64,000 nucleotides of DNA from Pseudomonadales bacterium (GTDB taxonomy: Bacteria > Pseudomonadota > Gammaproteobacteria > Pseudomonadales > Azotimanducaceae): contig JAZBPI010000156.1 in assembly GCA_036351555.1 (NCBI GenBank), positions 695 through 64,694 of the forward strand, given 5' to 3'. The position numbers and the translations under genes are program-made. Shown in pieces: positions 40,668-48,187 of the stretch. Positions within the stretch are counted from its first letter, which is position 1; each line of letters begins with the position of its first letter. The notes beneath the pieces were generated by a model, which saw only the letters and a list, made by a program, of their open reading frames with translations, made no database searches and had not been told where the DNA came from.

Positions 40668-41705
40668 ATGGCGGCAGCCGGGGACGGTATTCGCATTCGC
40701 CTCGATCCCGAGGACGAGTACACCCATCCGATCGAGGATGCGGTGAACTTCAACGAGTCCATGTACTTCAACATCTTCGATCCCGATCGCCACGTCGGCG
40801 GCTGGTTCCGCCTCGCGAATCGGCCGAACGAGGGGCGCGGCGAGATGTCCTGCTGCGTCTATCTCCCCGACGGCCGGATCGGCTTCATGTTCGCGCGGCC
40901 CGAATGCCATGCGAACGACGCCTTCGACAACGCGGGGATGCGCTTCGAGGTCCTCGAACCCTTCCGTCGCGTGTCCGTGCGCTACGAGGGCAAGCTCTGC
41001 CTGCTCGAGAACCCTCAGGACATGGCCGATCCGTCGCGGGCCTTCAGGACGAATCCGATCGTTCCCGCGCGCGTCGAGATCGCCTACGAGGGCGTGTCGC
41101 CCATGTTCGGCGGTGAGCCCGTCAAGGCCGATGGCTCCCGCATCGAGGAGAAGGCCGAGGAAGCCTTCGCCCGCGGACACTACGAGCAGCACCTCTCGGG
41201 CGCTGGCACCATCCGGGTCGGGGACGAGCAGTTCCCGATCGACGGCTTCGGCCTGCGCGATCATTCCTGGGGCCCGCGCTACTGGCAGAACATCTACTGG
41301 TACCGCTGGCTGCCGATGAACTTCGGACGGGATTTCGCCATGATGCTGTCGGTCGTCACGGGGCCGACCGGCGCGCAGCGTTGCGGCGGCATGGTCCTGC
41401 GCGATGGGGAGTACGTGCTGATCCGCGACGTGCGCATCACCGCCGAATACGATGCGAACGACTGCCAGACGCGGCTGCACGCCTGGGCGAAGACCGACGA
41501 GCGCGAGTACGAGGTCACCGGTGAGGTGATGTCCCTCATCCCGCTGCGCAACCGGCGCACGGGGCCGGATGGCGTCGAACGCATGACCCGCATCACCGAG
41601 GGCATGACCCGCTACCACTGTGATGGCCTCACCGGCTACGGCCTGTCGGAGTTCCTCGATCAGATCGAGGCAGGTCAGCCCGTCGGCAAGGTGGCCGGAT
41701 CCTGA
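40668..41705 (+). CDS. uncharacterised protein, AttH/CrtC-like (beta-barrel hydratase-like) by motif
   Basis: 345 aa; GFGLRDHSWGPRYWQ motif; strong RBS GGGGGAGGG; first gene of a four-gene plus-strand cluster. Confidence 0.7.
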   Translation: MAAAGDGIRIRLDPEDEYTHPIEDAVNFNESMYFNIFDPDRHVGGWFRLANRPNEGRGEMSCCVYLPDGRIGFMFARPECHANDAFDNAGMRFEVLEPFRRVSVRYEGKLCLLENPQDMADPSRAFRTNPIVPARVEIAYEGVSPMFGGEPVKADGSRIEEKAEEAFARGHYEQHLSGAGTIRVGDEQFPIDGFGLRDHSWGPRYWQNIYWYRWLPMNFGRDFAMMLSVVTGPTGAQRCGGMVLRDGEYVLIRDVRITAEYDANDCQTRLHAWAKTDEREYEVTGEVMSLIPLRNRRTGPDGVERMTRITEGMTRYHCDGLTGYGLSEFLDQIEAGQPVGKVAGS

Positions 41706-41763
41706 TGTCGATCCCTTCCCGCGGCCCGGATCCCGTCCGTGGTCCAGCAGCGGTGAGCGACCC

Positions 41764-43248
41764 TTGAGCAACCAGGATCCAGCCCTGGCCGGGCGGCTCG
41801 AGCGGGCCCTCGTGCGGCATCTCTCCGGGCGTCTCGGCGATGCCCCGCAGGTCGAGCGGCTGCGCCGCCTCACCGCCGGTGCGGCCAACGAGACCTGGCG
41901 TTTCGATGCGGTCGGTGCCGAGGCGCGTCTCGATTGCGTGCTGCGGCGTGCGCCCTACGTGGTCGAGGACACGGACGCGTCCGACGAGGCAGCCGGTCTG
42001 GACAAGGCCGGGGAAGCGCGTGTCCAGGAGGCCGCACGGCGCGCGGGTGTCGAGGCCGCGCAGGTGCTGTTCGTGCTCGAGCCCGAGGACGATCTCGGTG
42101 CCGGCTATCTCATGCTGGCCCTCGAAGGCGAGACGCTGGCGCGGCGGATCCTCCGCGACGATGCCTATGCGCAGGCGCGCGCACGCCTCGCCTTCCAGTG
42201 CGGCACCACCCTCGCACGGTTGCATGCGGTGGACATCGCGACGCTCCCGACCCTGACGACCTCGACGGCGGTCACGCAGATCGAACGCTACGGAGCGCTC
42301 TATCGCGCCTGTGAGCAGCCCGTGCCCGTCTTCGATCTGGCCCTGCGCTGGCTCGCCGAGCGCTGTCCCGATCCCGAGCGGGTCACGCTCGTGCACGGCG
42401 ACTTCCGCAACGGCAACCTCATGATCGGTCCGGAAGGCATCCGCGCGGTCCTCGACTGGGAGCTCGCCCATCTCGGTGACCCCATGGAGGACCTCGGCTG
42501 GCTCTGCGTCACGTCCTGGCGCTTCGGCGAGATCGACCATCCCGTCGGGGGGTTCGGCAGTCGCGAGGATCTGGCCGCGGGCTACGCCGCAGCGGGCGGT
42601 GGGGCCGTGGATCTCGAGGCGGTCCGCTACTGGGAGGTCCTCGGCACGCTCAAGTGGGGCATCATGTGCATGACCATGACCCGCGCACACCTCACCGGTG
42701 CCGCGCGATCCGTCGAGCGCGCGGCGATCGGCCGGCGCGTCTCCGAAACGGAGCTGGATCTCCTCGGTCTGCTCGCGAGCGACGCCGGCCTCCGCCCGTC
42801 TGCTGCTCGAGTGGCCAGGGGCCCGGACGAGCAGGGTGGGGCGCCGGCCGATGGACTCGCGCTGCAGCGCCCCACGGCGGTGGAGCTGGTGACGGCGGTG
42901 CGCGAATTCGTCGAAGGGGAAGTGCAGGGCGCGCTGACCGGGAGCACGGCCTTTCATGCCCGGGTCGCGGTGAACGTCCTGAAGATCGTCGAGCGTGAAC
43001 TCGAGACCGGCGCCGCCCTCGCCGAGGACGACGCGGCGCGCCTGGCCGCCCTGCTCGGCCATCCGGGGCGTCCCGCGGCCCTGTCCGCGGAGCTCGCCGA
43101 GGCCATTCGCGCGGGGCGCATCGGGCTCCAGACTCCGGGACTCGTCGCCCATCTGCGCGACTCGATCCTCGGACGGTTGTCCATCGACAATCCACGCTAC
43201 GTCAGCTATCAGAGAGCGCGCGCCGCCGACGGCGGTGCTTCGCACTAG
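41764..43248 (+). CDS. APH-fold phosphotransferase (LvaA / ACAD10-11 kinase-like) with fused C-terminal helical domain
   Basis: GAANETWRF, catalytic VHGDFRNGNLM, VLDWELAHLGDPMEDLG; TTG 41764 is the only start near the homologous N-terminus (start uncertain). Confidence 0.75.
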   Translation: MSNQDPALAGRLERALVRHLSGRLGDAPQVERLRRLTAGAANETWRFDAVGAEARLDCVLRRAPYVVEDTDASDEAAGLDKAGEARVQEAARRAGVEAAQVLFVLEPEDDLGAGYLMLALEGETLARRILRDDAYAQARARLAFQCGTTLARLHAVDIATLPTLTTSTAVTQIERYGALYRACEQPVPVFDLALRWLAERCPDPERVTLVHGDFRNGNLMIGPEGIRAVLDWELAHLGDPMEDLGWLCVTSWRFGEIDHPVGGFGSREDLAAGYAAAGGGAVDLEAVRYWEVLGTLKWGIMCMTMTRAHLTGAARSVERAAIGRRVSETELDLLGLLASDAGLRPSAARVARGPDEQGGAPADGLALQRPTAVELVTAVREFVEGEVQGALTGSTAFHARVAVNVLKIVERELETGAALAEDDAARLAALLGHPGRPAALSAELAEAIRAGRIGLQTPGLVAHLRDSILGRLSIDNPRYVSYQRARAADGGASH

Positions 43249-43283
43249 TCCGACAGGACACCAGACCCTGGGGAGGGCAACGG

Positions 43284-44918
43284 ATGGTCGCGATTCCGGG
43301 CGGCTGGAACTACGGGGACATTCTCGATGCGGTGGCCGACGCGGTGCCGGCGGATTCACCCTGCCTGATCCACGGTGAGCGCGTGGTCACCTGGGGCGAC
43401 TACAGCCGGCGCACCAACAATCTCGCGCGGGCGCTGCACGCCCGGGGGATCGCCATCGGCGACAAGATGGCCTTCTATCTGCGCAATCATCCTGCGTACA
43501 TGGAAGGGCTGGGCGCGGCGTTCAAGGGGCGGCTCACGCACGTCAACGTCAACTATCGCTACGTCGACGAGGAACTTCACTACATCTTCGACAATTCGGA
43601 CGCGACCGTCGTGGTCTTCGGCAGCGAGTTCGCCGATCACGTGCGCGCCCTCAAGGCACGCCTGCCCAAGGTGCGCCTGTTCCTCGAGGTGAGCGACGAC
43701 GGTCAGGTGTCCGTCGAGGGCGCGCTCGCCTTCGAACGCCTCTGCGAGGAGGGGGACGGCACTCCGCTCGGCATCCAGCGTTCCGGCGACGACATGCTGT
43801 TCCTCTACACCGGCGGAACGACGGGTATGCCCAAGGGTGTCATGTGGGCGCACGACGATCACTGGCACTCGGGTACGGCCGGTGCGACGCCGGCCACGAA
43901 TCTGGTGCCCCCGAACAACCTCGCCGAGCACGTCGAGAACGTGCGGCGGGCGGGCGGCGGCGGTCGGCTCATTCCCTGCTGCCCCCTGATGCACGGTACG
44001 GGCCTGTTCACGGCCATCGGCACGCTGCTCCAGGGTGGCAGCATCGTCACCCTGCTCGGCCACAGCTTCGATCCGGCGGAATGCTTCACGGCTGTCGAGC
44101 GCTGGAAGGCGACGACCCTCGCCATCGTCGGCGACGCCTTTGCCAAGCCGATGCTGCGGGAGCTCGACACGCATCCGGGCAAGTACGACATCTCGTCCCT
44201 GCTCGTGATCATCTCCTCCGGTGTCATGTGGTCCATGGAGGTCAAGCAGGGGCTTCTGAAGCACCACGCCGGGATGGTGCTCACGGACTCCTTCGGGGCC
44301 TCCGAGGCGGTCGGCTTCGGCCGCTCGGACACGACCGCGGAGGGCACGGTGCAGACGGCGAAGTTCGTCCTCGGCGAGCATTGCAAGGTGTTCACGGAGG
44401 ACGGGCGCGAGGTGCGCCCCGGTGATCCGGAGCCGGGCTTCATCGCCCGCGGGGGCGCGATCCCGCGTGGCTACTACAAGGATCCGGAGAAGACCGCGAA
44501 GACCTTTCCGACGATCGACGGCAAACGCTACTCCATGCCGGGCGACTGGGTGCGCGTGGAAGCGGATGGCTCCCTGACCCTGCTCGGCCGTGGGAGCGTC
44601 TGCATCAACACGGCGGGGGAGAAGGTCTATCCCGAGGAGGTCGAGGAGGTGCTCAAGGCGCACCATGACGTCGACGATGCGCTCGTGGTCGGCGTCCCGG
44701 ACGACAAGTGGGGCCAGATGGTGACCGCGGTCGTGCAATTGCGGCCGGGGGCGACCCTCGACGAGGAGCGTCTGCGCGCCCACGCGCGGGCGCTCCTCGC
44801 GGGCTACAAGACGCCGAAGCGTGTGCTGGTTCGTGAAACGCTCGGGCGCGCCAGCAACGGCAAGGCGGACTACAAGCTGATCACGGCCTTCGCGAAGTCC
44901 GAGCTGGGGATCGCCTGA
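43284..44918 (+). CDS. acyl-CoA synthetase (AMP-forming)
   Basis: AMP-binding motif LFLYTGGTTGMPKGVMW; 544 aa; RBS GGGGAGGG. Confidence 0.9.
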   Translation: MVAIPGGWNYGDILDAVADAVPADSPCLIHGERVVTWGDYSRRTNNLARALHARGIAIGDKMAFYLRNHPAYMEGLGAAFKGRLTHVNVNYRYVDEELHYIFDNSDATVVVFGSEFADHVRALKARLPKVRLFLEVSDDGQVSVEGALAFERLCEEGDGTPLGIQRSGDDMLFLYTGGTTGMPKGVMWAHDDHWHSGTAGATPATNLVPPNNLAEHVENVRRAGGGGRLIPCCPLMHGTGLFTAIGTLLQGGSIVTLLGHSFDPAECFTAVERWKATTLAIVGDAFAKPMLRELDTHPGKYDISSLLVIISSGVMWSMEVKQGLLKHHAGMVLTDSFGASEAVGFGRSDTTAEGTVQTAKFVLGEHCKVFTEDGREVRPGDPEPGFIARGGAIPRGYYKDPEKTAKTFPTIDGKRYSMPGDWVRVEADGSLTLLGRGSVCINTAGEKVYPEEVEEVLKAHHDVDDALVVGVPDDKWGQMVTAVVQLRPGATLDEERLRAHARALLAGYKTPKRVLVRETLGRASNGKADYKLITAFAKSELGIA

Positions 44919-44996
44919 GGGCGCGACGTGACCGGACGCGCGGGACCCGCCAGAATGCGCGTCCTCGACCATCCTTGAAGAACGGGGGAGACCATC

Positions 44997-45788
44997 ATGG
45001 CTCTGGCCAGCGGCAGCATGTTCGATCTGACCGGCAAGAACGCGGTCGTCACGGGTTCGTCGAAGGGCATCGGTCGCGCCATCGCCGAGCAGCTGGCGCT
45101 GCACGGCGCCAACGTCGTCATTTCCTCGCGCAAGGCCGATGCGTGCCAGATCGTGGCCGACGAGATCAACGAGAAGCTCGGCGCCGACGCGCCGAACCGC
45201 GCCATCGTCGTTCCCGCCCATATCGGTGAGAAGGACGCCCTGCAGAGGCTCGTCGATCAGACACGCGAGCAACTGGGGCAGATCGACGTCCTGGTCTGCA
45301 ATGCCGCCGTGAATCCCTACTACGGCCCGTCCAGCGACATTCCCGACACGGCCTTCGAGAAGATCATGCAGTGCAACGTGCTCTCGAATCACTGGCTCTG
45401 TCACATGGTGCTTCCCGAGATGGAAGCGCGCGGCGACGGTTCCATCATCATCGTCTCGTCCGTTGGCGGCCTCCACGCGAGCACGGTGATCGGGACCTAC
45501 AACATCTCCAAGGCCGCGGATTTCCAGATGGTGCGCAATCTCGCCGCGGAGTACGGACCCAAGGGCATCCGCGTCAACGCGATCGCGCCCGGACTGATCC
45601 GGACGGACTTCGCCCGGGCGCTCTGGGAGAACCCCAAGACCCTGGAGCGGGTCACGGCCACGGTCCCCCTTCGTCGCATCGGCGAGCCGGAGGAGCTCGC
45701 GGGGATCGCGGTGTTCCTCGCCTCGCGAGCCGGGTCCTACGCGACGGGGCAGAACTGGATCGTCGACGGCGGTTCCACGATCGTCTGA
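44997..45788 (+). CDS. short-chain dehydrogenase/reductase
   Basis: VVTGSSKGIGRAIA, YNISKAA (YxxxK). Confidence 0.9.
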   Translation: MALASGSMFDLTGKNAVVTGSSKGIGRAIAEQLALHGANVVISSRKADACQIVADEINEKLGADAPNRAIVVPAHIGEKDALQRLVDQTREQLGQIDVLVCNAAVNPYYGPSSDIPDTAFEKIMQCNVLSNHWLCHMVLPEMEARGDGSIIIVSSVGGLHASTVIGTYNISKAADFQMVRNLAAEYGPKGIRVNAIAPGLIRTDFARALWENPKTLERVTATVPLRRIGEPEELAGIAVFLASRAGSYATGQNWIVDGGSTIV

Positions 45789-45824
45789 GGCGCCAGCCAG
45801 GGTCGGGTCGACCAGGGCGTCCCC

Positions 45825-46682
45825 GTGCTCAGCTATCAGCACCGCTACCACGCGGGCAATCATGCCGACGTGCTCAAGCACATGGTCCTGGTCGCCCTGC
45901 TCGAGCACCTGTGCACGAAGGACAAGCCCTTCTCCTACGTGGAGACCCATGCCGGCGCGGGCTGCTATGACCTGGAGGCCCCCGAGGCACAGCGCCTGCG
46001 CGAGCACGAAACGGGCATCGTGAAGCTGTTCGACGGGACCGATCTCCCGGAGCTCGTGGCGGCCTACGTGGGCCGGGTGCGCGCCGCCAATGGAGACGCT
46101 GCCGGCGAACGGACCCTGCTGAAACGCTATCCGGGCTCGCCGGCCCTCGCCCTCGCCCTGCGTCGACCGCAGGATCCGATCGACCTCTTCGAGCTGCATC
46201 CCGGAGAATTCGCTCTGCTCAGCGACGCCTGTGGCGCCGCGCCCCGCCTGCGCCTGCATCAGGCCGACGGTCTGGAGGGCTGCATCGGTCTGCTCCCCCC
46301 ACCGTCGCGGCGCGGTCTGATTCTCGTCGATCCGTCCTACGAGACGCGCACCGAGTTCGATGCCGTGCTGCGCATGGTGCAGCGTGCCCATCGACGCTTC
46401 GCCACCGGGACCATTGCGATCTGGTATCCGGTGGTGGTCCGTCAGCGCGTCGAGGCCTTCTGCCGCAGTCTCGTGCAGACGGCGATTCCCGACATCCTGC
46501 GCGTCGAGCTGAATCCCTTGCCCGATGGCGAAGGGCGGGGCATGACCGGCAGCGGCATGCTCGTGGTGAATCCCGCCTGGACCCTCGAGCGACGCATGGG
46601 CGAGGCGCTGCCCTGGCTTGCGCAGGTGCTTGGGGACGACGGTCGGGGGTCTTGCCGCGTCGAGCGCCTTGCCGCGGAGTAG
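45825..46682 (+). CDS. rlmJ: 23S rRNA (adenine2030-N6)-methyltransferase
   Basis: N-terminus LSYQHRYHAGNHADVLKH characteristic of RlmJ; GTG start. Confidence 0.85.
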   Translation: MLSYQHRYHAGNHADVLKHMVLVALLEHLCTKDKPFSYVETHAGAGCYDLEAPEAQRLREHETGIVKLFDGTDLPELVAAYVGRVRAANGDAAGERTLLKRYPGSPALALALRRPQDPIDLFELHPGEFALLSDACGAAPRLRLHQADGLEGCIGLLPPPSRRGLILVDPSYETRTEFDAVLRMVQRAHRRFATGTIAIWYPVVVRQRVEAFCRSLVQTAIPDILRVELNPLPDGEGRGMTGSGMLVVNPAWTLERRMGEALPWLAQVLGDDGRGSCRVERLAAE

Positions 46683-46726
46683 ATCGGCGTAGACTCGTCG
46701 GAACGGCCCCGTGGAGGGCATCGACC

Positions 46727-47971
46727 ATGATGTCTCTGGACGGGTCCGACGCCGATTTCGCCGCAGGGCCCCCGATCCGCGTGCCGATGGATGTCGGCAG
46801 CCGCGCCTTTCTCGATCACCGCGATGCCTGCTACCGCTGGCTCAGGACCGACGCCCCGGTGCATCGCGGGCGGCTGTCGATCCTGAGGCCCTATCTGCTC
46901 TCGCGGCACGCGGACTGCGTGATGCTGCTCAAGGATCCCCGCTTCGTTCGCGATCGCAGCAGGGCGACGGGGAAGGGGCGCTTTCCGGTGCCGCGGGCCG
47001 TGCGCCTGCTCGCGCAGAGCATGATCGTCGAGGACGAGCCGGCCCATCATCGCCTGCGCATGCTCGTGCAGCAGGCCTTCACCAGTTCCGCGATCGCCGG
47101 GCTCGCACCGGGAATCGAAGCCCATGCCGAGGGCCTGCTCGAGGCGCTCCCCAGGGACCGCACGATCGATCTGATGGAGGCCTATGCGCTGCCCATCCCC
47201 GTTGCGGTCATCACCGCCATGATGGGCCTCGAGGCCGCGGACGTGCCTCGCTTCCGAGCCGGCATGAGGGTGCTCGGGTCCGGTTTCAGCGGTCCTGCGA
47301 TGCTCCGGACGCTGTTTCTCGATCTGCCCCGCCTGGAGCACTTCGTGCGCGATCTGGTGGCGCGCAAGCGTCGTCGCCCCGGTGACGACATGCTCTCGGC
47401 CCTGATCGCCGCCGAAGCCTCCGGTGATCGCCTCAGCGAGGACGAGGTCGTCGCCATGGTGTTCCTGCTCGTCGTCGCGGGCTTCGAGACCACCGTCCAT
47501 CTCATCGCGAATGCGGTGGTCGGTCTGCTCGGGGAGCCGGGGATGATCGATCGCCTGCGCAGGGAGCCCGATCTCATGGAGCCCGCGCTCGAGGAGATCC
47601 TGCGCCTGTGGGGGCCGATTCACGGCACCAAGCCCGCCTATGCACTGGAGCGCCTGGTGCTTCACGGCACGACCATTCCCCGGGGCGCCATGGTGATGCC
47701 CCTGCTCGGGGCGGCGAATCGCGATCCCGATGTCTTTCCCGATCCCGACGTCCTCGATCCGACGCGATCCCCGAATCGTCACCTGTCCTTCGGCCGCGGG
47801 ATCCATTTCTGCCTCGGTGCCCAGCTTGCACGGCTGGAGACGCGGATCGCCCTGAGTGCCCTCTTCGCTGCGCAGCCCGCGCTGCGGCTGGCCCTTCCCG
47901 CGGCGTCGCTCGAGCGCCAGCCCGTGCCCCTCTGGCACCGCTACCGCGCGGTGCCCGTGCGCCTGTCCTGA
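46727..47971 (+). CDS. cytochrome P450
   Basis: Heme loop FGRGIHFCLGAQLA, ExxR EEILRL; ATG 46727 with GGAGGG RBS. Confidence 0.9.
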   Translation: MMSLDGSDADFAAGPPIRVPMDVGSRAFLDHRDACYRWLRTDAPVHRGRLSILRPYLLSRHADCVMLLKDPRFVRDRSRATGKGRFPVPRAVRLLAQSMIVEDEPAHHRLRMLVQQAFTSSAIAGLAPGIEAHAEGLLEALPRDRTIDLMEAYALPIPVAVITAMMGLEAADVPRFRAGMRVLGSGFSGPAMLRTLFLDLPRLEHFVRDLVARKRRRPGDDMLSALIAAEASGDRLSEDEVVAMVFLLVVAGFETTVHLIANAVVGLLGEPGMIDRLRREPDLMEPALEEILRLWGPIHGTKPAYALERLVLHGTTIPRGAMVMPLLGAANRDPDVFPDPDVLDPTRSPNRHLSFGRGIHFCLGAQLARLETRIALSALFAAQPALRLALPAASLERQPVPLWHRYRAVPVRLS

Positions 47972-48061
47972 GCGGCGGGCGCCGGAGGGCGACGCGACGC
48001 CTCTACTCCCCGTGATCCTTAACCCATGACGCCGGGCCATGGGGACTCGGCTCTACCCCCT

Positions 48062-48080
48062 GTGACGGTGATTCATTATC
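48062..48080. promoter_or_regulatory. candidate Fur box
   Basis: GTGACGGTGATTCATTATC matches 12/19 of GATAATGATAATCATTATC, with the 3' half (TCATTATC) perfect; ~110 nt upstream of the TonB-dependent receptor. Confidence 0.4.
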
Positions 48081-48187
48081 ATGCGCGCGCTTTGCGTTCC
48101 GACGACGGCAGATCAGGCCAACCCGAGATCCACGGCGGGGGGGCATGCTGTCGTTGCCGATCCGGCCCGAGCCCACTGGAGGTCCCC

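Noticed and set aside
40022-40774. 250-aa minus-strand ORF covering the tandem array and intergenic spacer
   Set aside because: It has no RBS or motifs. It runs through a repeat array and into the start of the plus-strand gene at 40668. The 59-aa ORF in another frame has far better start signals.
43356-46721. 1121-aa ORF antisense to the acyl-CoA synthetase, SDR and rlmJ genes
   Set aside because: It spans three independent sense-strand genes and their intergenic gaps and has no recognisable domains; a high-GC artefact.
47972-48187. Cobalamin riboswitch upstream of the TonB-dependent receptor (GATCCGGCCCGAGCCCACTGG loosely resembles the AATCCGG...GCCACTG core)
   Set aside because: No B12 box follows and the element would abut the RBS/start directly. 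The leader is too short for the full riboswitch. A Fur-type box is the better explanation.
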